NCBI GenBank assembly: GCA_028023455.1
Contig: JAQFVV010000001.1
Span: forward strand, 34,658,001 to 34,722,000
Length of the DNA stretch: 64,000 nucleotides
Reading direction: 5' to 3'
DNA from: Epiperipatus broadwayi
Taxonomy: Eukaryota > Animalia > Onychophora
The position numbers and the translations under genes are program-made. This document shows, one piece after another, positions 50,492 through 64,000 of the stretch. The notes beneath the pieces are model-generated. The model worked only from the letters and a program-made list of their open reading frames with translations. It made no database searches and was not told the origin of the DNA. How positions within the stretch are numbered: the stretch's first letter is position 1; each line of letters starts with the position of its first letter.

Positions 50492-53400
50492 TATTTATTT
50501 TTTAAGTTCTCATTATAATTAATCTCATATTGCCTACCAATAATAATAAATTTACCTAAATATTTTATAATTCTTATAAATTTTGTAATTATTATACCCT
50601 TTTAAATTTAAGTACATTTAAGAATTAGAACTATTCATGCATGCACGCACATATATTTAAATATTATGTTAAAACTTTCTATCATTATTCAGTATAATTT
50701 TAAGCATGCATATATAATAATAAAGTTATTACTATGTTGATACTATTTTTAATAATTTATTTTTATTATTTTTAGTATTATGTCTCTTTATTCTATATGT
50801 TGGTTGTTCAAAAATTGTTTTATGTGCATGAGTGTTCTTGTAACTAAATATAAGCCACAATAAAAAAAAAATTTGATACACATATTTAAAATGCTATATT
50901 TATAAAAGACATCTTGGATCAGTTTAATAATTCACCATGAATAAATGTCTGCTTAAAATGCACATTTCCCGTGAAAGAGAATGATTGAGAATTTACACTG
51001 AATAATAATTCAATTCTTATATAAGTTTTGGAGAACATTGCAAATCTGAAAGATTTGATTGGTTTCAGATATTTATCGATGAATTAACCAATTTATTATA
51101 TATAACAAATAAATAAAATTGAAATTAATCTTTTTTAGTTATTACCATAAATTCGTATCACCTTTACATATATATATAATTTTTACTTATGTTTAACGTG
51201 TAAATATGTCTATAATTACAAACTATATTTGAGTTATTAATGAAATTATTAATTTTAATTAGACTCTTTAAACGTCTTTTTATTCTTTTTTTTCCCCCTG
51301 AGCAAATGTTTGATATTGAAAAACACAATTTTATAAAATGTCAGCATCGCAACTGTTTTAATAGCGTCTTCCTCAACTAAGCACAAGTTAAGACCTTCTG
51401 GTTTTTGCATTGAGAATTCTAACACATAAATGATTTAAAGAATTCGGCTCATAAGGCAATATTTTACTCATTTTATATTTTAATGTATTAAACAAAATGC
51501 CAGTCATTAAAAGACTCTTTCCTAATAGTATTTTTTGAAAAGAAATCCAACTTTTTACATTTTAGTTGATGAATTCTTGATAAGCTGAACTCCATTTCAA
51601 TACTTAATTACAAAGTATAAATTTGAAATTATTTTTTAGTGGTACTTGGGGATAAATTACATCGTATAGACAAGGCCACTTTTTTTTTTTAATTTGTAGG
51701 TATGTTTTTAATAGTTTTTACATTTCTGAGGAGCTCAGCATTTTTATAGAGATATTTTTGAAATAGACTCAGATTAAATGAAATGCAACTCCAGAATACT
51801 AATAAATGTCAAACTACTTAAAGGAGTTTGGTGGCTGCTTTCTGATGCGTTTAAGTGGTTCCATATATTATTGGTAGGAAGGGGAAAGTATTGGACTCCA
51901 TTGATTCTTCCAAATATTTGCATACAAACTATTTACAAAAAATATAACTAGAATTTATAAATTCCTTTTAAATGGAAATTTATTTCAGATTTAATTAAAA
52001 GCTATATTTTGCATTATTTTTATAAAAAAATAATTTTTTCCTCTAAGAAATATATATTTGTCTATAAATAAATAATTTAGAGAGCAGTTAAATGAGATAT
52101 CGAATTATCTTGCAGAAGATAAAGATATGTTGCTGTTTTTATTTTCCATGTAGATCTGGAGTGCACAATCATAATCTGTGATTCTTAAAAAATCTTTAAA
52201 AAAAAAAAACTCGCTACCTAAAATTTTATTTTCACAAATAATTCCATTGCTGTCTAGCGTCCACTAACTACTGTTTAACTTGACTGAGATGAAAATAGAA
52301 GTCACTCCTGTATAATTCACAATAAAAGACATACAATTAGAAAAATGGAGAATTTGAATATTTATAAAATTAAACAGATTATCAGGAGTGGGTCACAGCA
52401 AGGAAAATAGTCTAATTTTTTAAGTTTGAATATGGTCACTGGTAATTAGAAAATTTATTAAATAAAAAATGGAATAATTTAGGGATTTGTTTTGTAAACT
52501 GTATAATATAAATGTAGAAAACATAGGCCATTTACAGTCAGAAGGGATGCAAATAAAGAATTTATAAGAAAAATAAGTCTAAATTACATGAATAAGCAAA
52601 AAGTAGTTGTATAGCTTTTTTTTTTTTTTTTAGTTTGATAAAGATAGCTTTAAAATTGGAAAAAAAATAATGCTATATAAATAATATAAAATGTGAACAA
52701 ATTTGAAGTTTTAGAGATTTATTTAGATTAGAAAATAATAAAGATAGAAAGATTAAAACTGAAAGATTTTGGGGAGATTATTGGCTCAGAGATTCCTGAG
52801 TTCAAGCGAGAAGTGTATATCATCTGATCTCATCACAAATAGCAATTATTACTTATATTACATAGAAAGTCTGCAAACACAACTGAATCATCTATTGTTT
52901 TTTTTAATAAAATGAATTGCTGATAACAGAGAAATAATCATCATTTATTTCATATATCAAATTGTAATATGTTTATCTTTTATTTCCTTATATTTTAATA
53001 CCATGAATATAATAAATAAATTTAAATGGTTTTCAGTTGAAGAAGGTTAAGAAATTAATTGAAAGTATTTTTATCATTTATTATAGTTATTTATAAAATA
53101 TGTTGATCACTTCTATACTTTATCATTTTCATTATAATAATTATTCTATAGTGGACATTTTATTTTATTTACATATATAAATGTGTTATTAGTGTTTTAT
53201 ATTATTACCATCAATGATATAGCAAAAAAGATATTAGGGAACACTTATTTGGATTTACTGTTTGAATATACATGACATGATGAAAATCCCCCCCCCCCAC
53301 TATATTTGCTTTTTGAATATCCATATTTTGAAAAAGATTTTAATTAAAAATACAATAAATAAATTGTATTTTATTCACAGTATAACCACTAGAGGATGCA

Positions 53401-53599
53401 ATCACAAAATTTTTTATTTTTTTTTACAAAATATTATAATCAATTTTCTAATTTTATATTAATCTTTTCCATTTCAATAATTTTTTCTCTTAGAATAAAG
53501 AAAGTTTTGTAATAAGTTTTTTTTCTTTTTTGAGAGAAGGAAAAGAGATAAGTCTAAGCTATATGTCTAATTTTATACTACTTATCCTTTTTAGGCTTT

Positions 53600-55100
53600 A
53601 GTTAATTCTATTTCTACATTCAAATGAAAAAGGAGAGGACTGTTATTTACTTTTTAACTAATTTACAATAAAAAGGAGAGAATGTGGAATTTAAAGAAAA
53701 ATATATTATTGGAAAATGAAGTATTACATGATGTAAGAATAAAATGTCTAGAAAAAATAAAGAGAAAAATGTATGGATGTATTTACCAAGTATGTATTTC
53801 TGATATTATTAAAGTTTTAGTATAAATAGGCTTAATAAATATTATTTTAATAGTAAGCAACATCAATGTGCAAAAGATATTGAGAAAATCATTTGATGTA
53901 TTAGATAATTGATTTAAAATCTGAAAAAGATTTATGGGCAAGTAAAAATGTGATGGTATTATCAAGTTTATATAACAGGGCAAATTTGAATAGTGTTTGT
54001 GGTTTTAAAACATTTATAAGAGAAAAGTGATATAAACTTTCTAGTTATTTGGGACATTTTATTAAAAATAGATATTTATTTAAGAGTGATATTTATTAAT
54101 TTTATTATCTATTAAATTTATGAAGGGAATAAGATTAAACAAGTAATGATAATAATAATAATAGAAAATTGTTACTAGATTTGAAGAGGGCAGATGTATT
54201 AATACAAAGGAAAGTTAATAAAATGGAGTAGAATATATATTAAGATGGTGATAGTGAATGACTTAGAGAGAAATATTTTAAGAATGGTTGTTTGAGAGTT
54301 ATTAAAAATATATTTAAAAGGAAGTTTAATTTGTTATTCTGCAAAAAGAAGAAATATGAATGGAATTAAACATGAGAGTTATAGTAGAGTTCTATTTGAG
54401 AGTAAAAAAAAAATTCTTATTTTCTAAAAAATATGAATGGAAAGAAGCAGTGATAAAAAGGAATGAGTAATGTTATTATTGTTAAGGAAGATATTATATA
54501 AAGAAATTTTAATGAGCATATGTAGATAAATTTGAAAGTTAGTACAAATAAAAGAATGAAAATATTTGGGAATGTTTATTGAGTAATAAATTAGGTAAAA
54601 TATAAAGTATTGATTGAATATGATAATAATGAAAAAAATTAATGCAGTGGTAAATATAAATGGATAATTGTTGAAAAGAACATGTGAGAAGAGTGAGATG
54701 AAGATTGGGAAATTGAGTAAAATATATGATGAAAAGCTTATATAGATGAGGCAAAATCAAGGTAATAGTGATTAATTTTGTATTAATAGAATCAAGAATG
54801 TACAAAAACTTAATTACAGAACTTTTTAGAAAAGACTGATAGGCATAGATAGAAAACATGGGATGAATCTAGAGTGAATAGATTTAGTAATATGGTGAAA
54901 AAATTATGATGATATCTTGTGAAGAGTGGAATGATATATTAAAGAAAACTGAAAATGATTAGAGTTAATAGGGTAATAGAAAAGATGGAGGAAGCATATT
55001 TTAAAAAATATAAAATAATTGAAAAAATCATGTAGGAAGTATGAAAAAGATATCAAAATTGAATAAAAGAGAATATGTAAAAATTATATGAGGTCATTAT
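53600..55100 (+). mobile_element. Highly decayed LINE ORF2 N-terminal/endonuclease region
   Basis: Strong A/G coding-strand skew like that of the 3.4-6.7 kb LINE. Only vague motif remnants remain. Confidence 0.35.
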
Positions 55101-56307
55101 TTACAAGGAAAAAAATAGTTGTAATCAAATTATAACCATGAAACAAGATAAATAAATTAACTAAGATGTTAATAACCAAATACAATGAACTGTAAAATTT
55201 GCTCAATTTTAATGTATAAGTTAATTAGAAACCACTCATTTATCATTACATAAATTAGTTGTCAATATTAAGACTTAATAATTTGGTCATTTCCAGGGAT
55301 TCATCTCAATGCCACTTATCTACCAATAATATGTATATATATATATATAATTAAAACATTATTTAAATAGTTTACTGCAATGCAAAGCCTTTCCAACAGC
55401 CTCCAGAAAGAGAACAATGCAAAAGAAAATCTTTACTAATTAATGGCTTACCAAATACTGGACGGTGATTTTTTTTATTCTTTTTGATTTATCCTTTAGC
55501 ATAGAATAGCTAAATACTTATTATATCATAAGATAACTTAGTAATTGTCCATTTTTTGTAGTCCAATGCTTATAAAAAAAAGTTAAAGAATAATATAAAA
55601 ATAATAATATATAGTCAAATAAAATAGGATGAAAGTAGATTGAATGGTAATTAATTTGATCCAGAAAAGATGTTTATGGGGGAAAAAAACTCGATGATAA
55701 ATAAATAAAAAATCAGAATTATTTATGATGTGATATTCTCCGTCATTCATTATGAATAGCTTAGTTTAGGAGCAGAATTAGAAAATATTGATGTCTGTGC
55801 ATTAAATGATGTTGGAGAAGATTTTTATCAGATTAACTTGAATTTTCACTTTGAGTAAAGTGGCTCGTTATGAGAAGATATCAGTCTTTGAAAAAAATAA
55901 AAAAAATGTAGTTTTCCAATATTTCTTTCTGCTAAATAATCTTTTGTATCATTATTACATATGGTTTTTCAATAAAGTTATTTATAAATAAATAATCCCT
56001 TGTGTGAAATTTACAATTAAATGCTATCAACTCTGGAGTACTGCCATTATATATATACTCACTAAAAATTACTGGGTAACAGCACCATTTTATTTTCTAT
56101 ACATATATAATTAAAATATTCTAGAATAAATACTAAAAAATTTTATATGTCTATATAAAATACAAATAAAATTCTTTGCTATAGCCAGCTTACAGCATTT
56201 TCCGCCTTATTGAGTAGCAATCATTTATTTAGTTTGATATTATATATATATTATAATATATATATATATACATATTTATATATCGTTACAATATATATAT
56301 ATATATA

Positions 56308-57082
56308 TGTTACTGGCTAAGTGAGAAAAGTAGGCATTCTATATAATGTGTGAACTTTTAAGCAAAATATGCCATTTTTTCTCATACTTTCCCTAGTAGA
56401 CATTGTATAAAATACCTAGGCATTATAAAGTATGACAGTTCTTTTAGCAATATGTGTAAAAAAAGCTTTTACTGAAAAGATACATGTGAAAATGTAACAT
56501 AATATTACATAATAAACATTTACCAATATGTTAAATTTCTGATATTTAGATGGAGTCTCTCGTTTTTAATTTCAAGCAAGGTAGAATTATTATTTTTTAC
56601 TGATAAACCTTCTGTTGAAAAAACATAATAATAACAAGTTAGCATGTAATGATGGTAGTGAATTGCTGAATTTTATATAAATATCAATCAAACCAGGAAA
56701 GAAATTATATTTTTACACCATTATTTTTGAAACAAAGTTCTAAGAGTGAAAAATTTTCAAGAATGCAATGAATTTCTAGGTAATTATCTTTCTACTCTTC
56801 CTTAATTAACTGCAGATGTGTACTATTTACTAAAAATTCCAATCATTAATTTTACTAATTATATGTTAAACCTGTGTAACTTAGCATGACATTGACTTTA
56901 TGACATTAACTTTTATTGTCCAGAATATTTTATACTTTATAGATTTTCTTTTTGGCATTTTATAGAATGCTTGGGAAATGTGTAAGATCTTAGTGTTTCA
57001 TACTTGGATGTCCCATTTTTGTCATTGTATAAAATGCCTAGGCATTCTATACAATGCCGGTTTTCACACTTTGTCGATAACA
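56308..57082. mobile_element. MITE-like element with imperfect TIRs (TGTTA...TAACA) and repeated subterminal motif
   Basis: Left tgttactggctaagtgagaaaagtaggcattctatataatg versus right (reverse complement) tgttatcgacaaagtgtgaaaaccggcattgtatagaatg. The motif GGCATTnTATAnAATG recurs in both orientations near both ends (56333, 56401, 56955, 57022-57058). Confidence 0.55.
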
Positions 57083-58632
57083 TGTAAAATATATATGTGT
57101 GCATGCACACACATCCATATAGCTACTTTATTTTAATGATGGCTAATCTCCATATAAATTTTATTAACTTTTCTTTTTTCTAGTTGAAATAAGACTTTTA
57201 AAAAAAAATCTAAAAGTATTATTTAAAAAATACTGGAAATTTAATTAAATAAAGTTTAAGTCAAGTACTGTAGAAATCAGTTTAATAATAAAAAAAAACA
57301 AAAACCTTGGCTTTTAAAAAATTATGGAATTACTTTAACCTTTCCAATAATCTGATTGTAGATAACTTTTGCCAGTAGTTATGGAAAAAAAAAACAAGCA
57401 AATAAAAAATATAAATGTTAAACTATATTTTATAAAGACAGATTAATGTTTAAAATATCTCAAGACAATATTTGATATCTAGCTTTTCTGCCTTTAAAAA
57501 AAAAAATGAAAATTTTAACATTTCAAAATTCTAATGCAAACTTAATCAAAACGAGTTGTAAAACTGAACACTCTCAAAAGCTATAAAATTAAATATATAT
57601 GTACATAAAAATTTCTGTTATATATATGTTTGTGGAGAGGGGTATCATATTTTTGCCCATATATATATTAATGATGGTCATGTTATTATTAATGTAGCAA
57701 TATCGATGTGATAAATAATATATAAAATGCACACACAGAGAAGGTGTGGTTCATACACAATATATGACTCTGTTCAGTGCAGTAGACAAACCACAATGAG
57801 GAAAATATAAAAAAATTATATCATTCTTAATATTTAAATGTAAATAATAATTAAGTTTATTAATCAATAAAAGATTATGACTACTGAGTTACTTAAATTA
57901 TATCTATACACTTAATACTAAAGTGATTCTAACAAGATTCCTAATATCTATACTGACTGAAATAAAATCAACTGTTTAGTTCTTTCCAAAAAACAAAGGC
58001 AATTTTAATTTTATGACTAGATTAAAAGAAACAAATTACTTGTAACAGACTATTTTACTCAACAAAGCTTAAATGTTGGACGCCAAATTGTAACTGACTA
58101 TAATATGCATTATATTGCCAAAAATCTAATCTTAAGCAGGTATGTATATCAGAAGTTTAGTTCTCTAATTAAACATGTACCATATTAACAACTTTCAAGT
58201 TTGAATGAACTAAGTCATAATAATTAACATGATCAAATATCAATCTTAACTACATGGTTATTAATTTTTAAAATCATTCTCTTTTTAGTTACATAACAAA
58301 TTGTAATAATATAGATATCTGACAAATAATTTAAAATTATAGACTAATATCTAATTTTAATAGCCCTTATTTACTCTAAATGTACCAAAATATTTATGTC
58401 CTAAAATTTATTAGACTATCTCAAACATAATTTTATATAAAATAAATACTGTAAATGACTACTAAAATATCTGTAATGATCTTATTATGATCAGTTGCCA
58501 AACCTCTAACTATAATAAAACACTTACTCTATCTCAATCCAAAATAACACTTTAACTATAATTCAAGATTGAACAATTTAAAGTTTTTCCTGTTGAAGTA
58601 ACCTATCTAAAATAATACTAGATAAATAGTTG

Positions 58633-60070
58633 GGTAGTTGTAACTTACACCACATGTGGCCATGGGGTGACACTGCAGTACCATCAACAAGTGGGAAGAA
58701 GCCTGCAAGTGATAAAAAATAAAAATACTGAAATCATTAAAAAAAATGCCCAGGGTAATCAAACAAATACATTGAAAATACAAATTATAAAAAAAAAACA
58801 CAACAAAATGCTATCAAATACAAATTAAAAAAAAAAACGAAATGGTTGAAAGTAGCAAACAAATAACAAATCGACAAATTGAAATGACTAAATCAAATGA
58901 ACAACAATGAAGGAATGCGGGAAAATCGAAATGGACAAATTGAAATGACTAAATCACACAAATCATCGATGGAAACAAAAATAAATAAAATCTCAAATCA
59001 TCGATGGACAATAAATAAAAAAATCTCAAATCAAGAAAATGCTATAAAATTCAAATTAAAAAAAAAACAGATATCAGTGAAAATACAATCCCCCCCACAC
59101 ACACACACACCCAAATCAACAATTCGTCACTTTTGAGGCAATGTATATCAAACAAATACATCGAAAATAAAAAAAACACAACAAAATGCTATAAAATTCA
59201 AATTAAAAAAACAAAATGGTTGAAAGTAGCAAACAAACAACAAATTGAAATGACTAAATCAAACGAACAACAATAGAGGAACACGGGAAAATCGAAATGG
59301 ACAAATTGAAATGACTAAATCACACAAATCATCAATGGAATAAAAAAAAATCCCCTCAAATCATCGATGGAACAATAAATAAATAAAAAACCCTGAAGTA
59401 AGGCAAACGTATCAATGACACCTCCCCCCCCCCCAATGAAGAATTTCTAACCAAAAGTAGCTGAAATGGACAAATTGAAATGACTAAATCACACAAATCC
59501 TTCAAATATACAAATTAAAAAAAAAAAAATCAAGAAAAGCTACGAAATTCGAATTAGAGCAAAAATAGTAAAACTATAATGTAAATGTCTAAAAAAGTAA
59601 TGAACCTCACTTACTGATACTGGAGGATGGAGTAGTTTTCAAAAAAATATACTAAATTTCATCAGTTTAAATAAAGAAATAACAAGACTTTCAAATATCC
59701 CTTCCCCTCCCATTTCAAACAGGATTTTTTCTAAAAAGCAATAAGAACATTACACCAGAGAGGTTCTAATTATCTCCCAAAACTTTATCAAATTAATTTT
59801 TTCTCTGCTTTCAAATTATGTAAAAGCATCAAAAATAAGTACTTTTCAAAAAGATTTTAAAACATTAATTAATATATATTAAAAAGCAATAATAAATGTA
59901 CATGGGAACTTATATTTATCAAAGGAATTATATTCTGCATTGAAATTATGGAAAAGGACTTAAATATTTTAAAAATAGATTTATAAAAATCTTAAAGAAA
60001 AATTCTTACCCAATTGTTGTAGCAGGTTGCGTTATTTCCAGCCTTCTTGTAGCACATGTAAGTAATAACG
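58633..60070 (+). repeat. Left TIR of Merlin (~1.44 kb, internally repetitive)
   Basis: Reverse complement of 61866-63694. Five copies of ACAAATTGAAATGACTAAATCA at 58874, 58935, 59240, 59301 and 59470. Confidence 0.9.
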
Positions 60071-60666
60071 CTTTTTTTCAAACAGATTTCATTCAGAGCA
60101 ACTAATAACAGATTTAATAACAATCATTATTTTGTTTAAGAAAAATAAAACAAAGATGGATTAATTTAACAGGAGGCTTTCCATGCAATTTTATAAAGAG
60201 GTCTTTTTTTTCAAACATGTTGAACAGATGAAAAATAGTGATTATTTGGTTTTAAAAAATAAAACAAAGATGGCGCAAATTAACAACAGCCTTTTTTATG
60301 GCAGCACATGTCACAGTTTGTATGTTTAAAATGAAGTTTGATACAATAGACATTTCACTGAAAAATATAATTTCTTGAGCCAACAAATTTAATCAATATG
60401 TACTGAAGTAGTGTTTTGAAATATTTGTTTAGTTTTATTATGACATATTTAGTAATTTGTACTGCTACAAATAGAAGTTATTGGGATTTGTATTTTTGAC
60501 GGTGTTAATATGGATTATTTTTTTATAGAGATGAATACAATCTTAAATATGTGCAACATTTCCAAAAACCTGTGCACTGAAATTTAATTAGAGTGATACA
60601 GTGATTAGTGTCTTACCAGCTCATATTTTATTGTTGTGTGATAATACTGTCTTACCATCTTAGAAA

Positions 60667-61530
60667 ATGATGAAAGTTTGGGATCTTCCAAAGACAGAAC
60701 TTGAGGCAGTGGAGTTTTTGCAAAGTCAAAGTGTTCTGCCCTCTCAAAAACTTTGTGACAATGGCCATCAAATGAAGCTTTACCTGAGTCCAAATCCAGA
60801 ATTGCAATGCAACATTGGTGCATGCCAAAAATGCATACCACTTCAGAGAGGATCATGGTTTGAGGGGTGCAGATTGTCATTTGTCACAGCCATCTGAATC
60901 ATTTATTATTGGAGTAAAGACCAATTGACCATAGAATCAGGAATAAATGATTTGGATGTGAGCAAGAAGACTGTCATTGCATGGAAGCAATATTTGAGGG
61001 AAGCCTGTCTTGAAAGCTTGTTATCTCAGCCATCCTGCAAAATTGGAGGGCCAGAGAAAATCATAGAAGTAGATGAAACACCTCTCACTAAATTAAAAAA
61101 CCAACAGGAAAGAATTTTTCCACAACAATGGCTTTTTGGTGGTTTATGTAGAGAAACAAAACAGTGCTTCATCATCGCTATTCCAGATCGAACAGCATCT
61201 GTTATCCTAGATGCCATTAAACAACATGTAGCACCAGGATCCACCATATATACTGAATGTTGGAAGGCATATAAAAGTTCTGACTTGAATGCTGCAGGTT
61301 ACGAACATTTTAAAGTCAACCACACATACAATTTTATGGATCCTTCTACCAGCGTGCATACACAAAATGTAGAAAGACTTTGGAAGTTAATAAAATGGCA
61401 CAATAAAAAAAGGGGGATCTGTCAACTTTATCTGGAGTCATACTTAACAGAATTTGTGTGGCAAAGACTGCACCATGAAGAAGATTTATTCAATTGTATA
61501 TTAAGATGTATTACTATTCCATCAGTGTGA
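60667..61530 (+). pseudogene. Merlin/ISXO2-like DDE transposase, inactivated
   Basis: ORFs 60667-60897 and 60925-61530 are in the same frame, separated by one TGA (60895-60897), giving 287 codons. Motifs: N-terminal Cys/His cluster, GSWF, KIGGPEKIIEVDET, QQWLFGGLCRET, PGSTIYTECWKAY (E at the usual second D), VNH and HTQNVERLW. Confidence 0.92.
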
Positions 61531-61865
61531 ATGTTTAAAGAATTTGAAGTTTCTTTTTGTCTATTTTTTTTTGCTGAACTAAACTGTGGCATGTAATGTA
61601 TTGAACTGCGATTAGTTTCTCTTTTTAAATCTTTAATTGGTATACATGTACGGATTTAATTTTGTGCCATCTTTGTTTTATTTTTTTGAAACCAACTGTT
61701 GTTTATCTGTGAAAAGACTTCTCTTCATATTTGCACCAAAAGCCTGCTGTTAATTTTATGCATTTGTTTTATTTTTTGCAACTAACTGTTGTTCATCTGT
61801 GAAATGTGTTTGAAAAAAGACTTCTCTTCATAATTTTCCTCAACGTGGTGGTCAGTCAATTTGAA

Positions 61866-63694
61866 CGTTATTACTTACATGTGCTACAAGAAGGCTGGAA
61901 ATAACGCAACCTGCTACAACAATTGGGTAAGAATTTTTCTTTAAGATTTTTATAAATTTATTTTTAAAATATTTAAGTGCTTTTCCATAATTTCAATGCA
62001 GAATATAATTACTTTGATAAATATAAGTTCCCGTGTACATTTATTATTGGTTTTTAATATATATTAATTAATACTTTAGAATCTTTTTGAAAAGTACTTA
62101 TTTTTGATGCTTTTACAAAATTTGAAAGCGGAGAAAAAATTAATTTGGTTAAGTTTTGGGAGTCAATTAGAACTTCTCTGGTGTAATGTTCTTATTGGTT
62201 TTTAGAAAAATTCTTTTAAGGAGGGAAAGGGATTTGAAAATGATGAAAGTCTTTTATTTCTTTAATTAAACTGATGAAATTTAGTATATTTTTTTGAAAA
62301 CTACTCCATCCTCCATTATCAGTAAGTGAGGTTCATTACTTTTTTAGACATTTACATTATAGTTTTACTATTTTTGCTCTAATTCGAATTTCGTAGCTTT
62401 TCTTGATTTTTTTTTTTTTTTAATTTGTATATTAGAAGGATTTGTGTGATTTAGTCATTTCAATTTGTCTGTTTCAGCTACTTTTGGTTAGAAAATCTTC
62501 ATTGGGGATGGTGTCATTTATATGTTTGTCTTGTTTCAGGACTTTTTGTATTTATTGTTCCATCGATGATTTGAGGGGATTTTTTTTATTTATAATTCCA
62601 TCGATGATTTGAGGGGATTTATTTATTTATTTTTGTTTCCATCGATGATTTGTGTGATTTAGTCATTTCAATTTGTCCATTTCGATTTTCCCGCATTCCT
62701 CCATTGTTGTTCATTTGATTTAGTCATTTCAATTTGTCGATTTGTTGATTGCTTGCTACTTTCAACCATTTCTGTTTTTTTAATTTGAATTTTATAGCAT
62801 TTTGTTGTGTTTTTTTTTTATAATTTTTTATTTTCGATGTATTTGTTTGATATACATTGCCTCAAAAGTGACGAACTGTTGATTTGGGGGGGGGGTCATA
62901 TTTTCACCGATATCTGTTTTTTTTTAATTTGAATTTTATAGCATTTTCTTGATTTGAGGGGATTTTTTTTATTTATTTTTGGTTCCATCGATTATTTGTG
63001 TGATTTAGTCATTCCAATTTGTCCATTTCAATTTTCCTGCATTCCTCCATTGTTGTTCGTTTGATTTAGTCATTTCAATTTGTCGATTTGTTGTTTGTTT
63101 GCTAATTTCAACCATTTCGTTTTTTTTTAATTTGAATTTGATAGCATTTTGTTGTGATTTTTTTTATAATTTGTACTTTTGATGTATTTCTTTGATATAC
63201 ATTGCCTCAGAAGTGATGAATTGTTGATTGGGGGGGGGGGAGCGGGTTTGTTGTATTTTCACCAATATCTGTTTTTTTTTTTTTGTTTTGAATTTTATAG
63301 TATTTTCTTTGTTTTTTTGTTTTTTTATAATTTGTACTTTCAATGTATTTGTTTGATTGCCTCAGGCATGTTTTTTATGATTTCAGTGTTTTTATTTTTA
63401 TTTTTTATCACTTGCAAGCTTCTTGCCACTTGTTGATGGTACTTCAGCATCACCCCATGGCCACATGTGGTGTGGGGGGGGTTGTTATATTTTCACCGAT
63501 ATCTGTTTTTTTTTAATTTGAATTTTATAGTATTTTCTTTGTTTTTTTATAATTTGTACTGTCGATGTATTTGTTTGATTGCCTCGGGCATTTTTTTTTA
63601 TGATTTCAGTGTTTTTATTTTTATTTTTTATCACTTGAAGGCTTCTTGCCGCTTGTTGATGGTACTTCAGCATCATCCCATGACTACAACTACC
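61866..63694 (-). repeat. Right TIR of Merlin (~1.83 kb, with extra internal duplications)
   Basis: Five copies of TGATTTAGTCATTTCAATTTGT (62447, 62655, 62716, 63001, 63062). The subterminal ~200 bp block is present twice (~63300-63473 and ~63520-63694). Confidence 0.9.
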
Positions 63695-64000
63695 AATAGT
63701 TGTCCTAATATCTATAAAATCATATTAGCCCACTATGAATTTGTATAATGAGATATTATCTACTACTAATAATAATACTAATATCTCTTAAATTTATATT
63801 CCTTCAATAGAATTATTTATTTTTATCTTAAAATAATTTAGATAAATTTAGAAAAAATAAAAATTGATTTAGTTTTAAGTATATTTATCAATCTACCATG
63901 TATAAAGTATTAAAATATCATTTTGAATTTTGCTGTCATTTAATTAAATTAAATAGATTATCAAAATCTATTTAAATAAAGTCAATCGGTTTAAGAACTT

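Larger units (their letters stand above)
58633..63694 (+). mobile_element. Merlin (IS1595/ISXO2-like) DNA transposon, complete, 5062 bp
   Basis: Termini GGTAGTTGTA / TACAACTACC. Perfect 8-bp TSD AATAGTTG (58625-58632, 63695-63702). Central ISXO2-type transposase. GG ends and an 8-9 bp TSD are established Merlin hallmarks. Confidence 0.93.

Noticed and set aside
1156-54859. Remaining short F/I/L/K/N/Y-rich ORFs in the track
   Set aside because: Their composition is that expected from random AT-rich DNA or antisense to decayed LINEs, with no splice or motif support.
62268-62300. CTGATGA...GAAA inside the Merlin TIR
   Set aside because: Only weak A-T pairings in low-complexity DNA. No stem I or stem III.
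58607-63748. ORFs in the Merlin arms (58607-58801, 58897-59136, 63179-63436, 63467-63748, 63485-63676) and antisense ORFs 60605-60880 and 61026-61247
   Set aside because: They are low-complexity products of A/T-rich subrepeats or shadows of the transposase frame.
1-64000. CRISPR array, rRNA genes or prokaryotic operon
   Set aside because: No regularly spaced repeat-spacer array, rRNA-like sequence or gene-dense coding was found. The content is eukaryotic.

Overview
Very AT-rich (roughly 25% GC by eye) animal genomic DNA, probably from an invertebrate. The only convincing host coding sequence is a 133-nt terminal exon (8628-8760, +). It encodes a Gln/Gly/Met-rich tail that I recognise as TIA-1/TIAR (Rox8)-like. 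It follows an intron of more than 8.6 kb and is followed by a GC-rich structured element and a long U-rich 3' UTR. The rest is intergenic and full of decayed transposons: LINE remnants of several types, hAT, Tc1/mariner-type and MITE-like elements, a Penelope remnant and a solo-LTR-like element. A fibrillarin pseudogene fragment lies in the intron. Two structures stand out. (1) A dispersed ~440-470 bp tandem repeat family carries a type I hammerhead ribozyme fold on the minus strand, with 5 recognisable ribozyme copies and 2 decayed relatives. Two of its insertions are flanked by 12-14 bp target-site duplications (TSDs), so it looks like a non-coding retrozyme family. Unrelated hammerhead-like motifs also occur in the intron, in the Penelope remnant and behind a tRNA-like head. 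(2) A complete 5062-bp Merlin (IS1595/ISXO2-like) DNA transposon (58633-63694) has a perfect 8-bp TSD and very long (1.4-1.8 kb), internally repetitive Foldback-like terminal inverted repeats (TIRs) around an inactivated transposase. All folds, alignments and family assignments were made by eye without database searches, and most provided ORFs are spurious.
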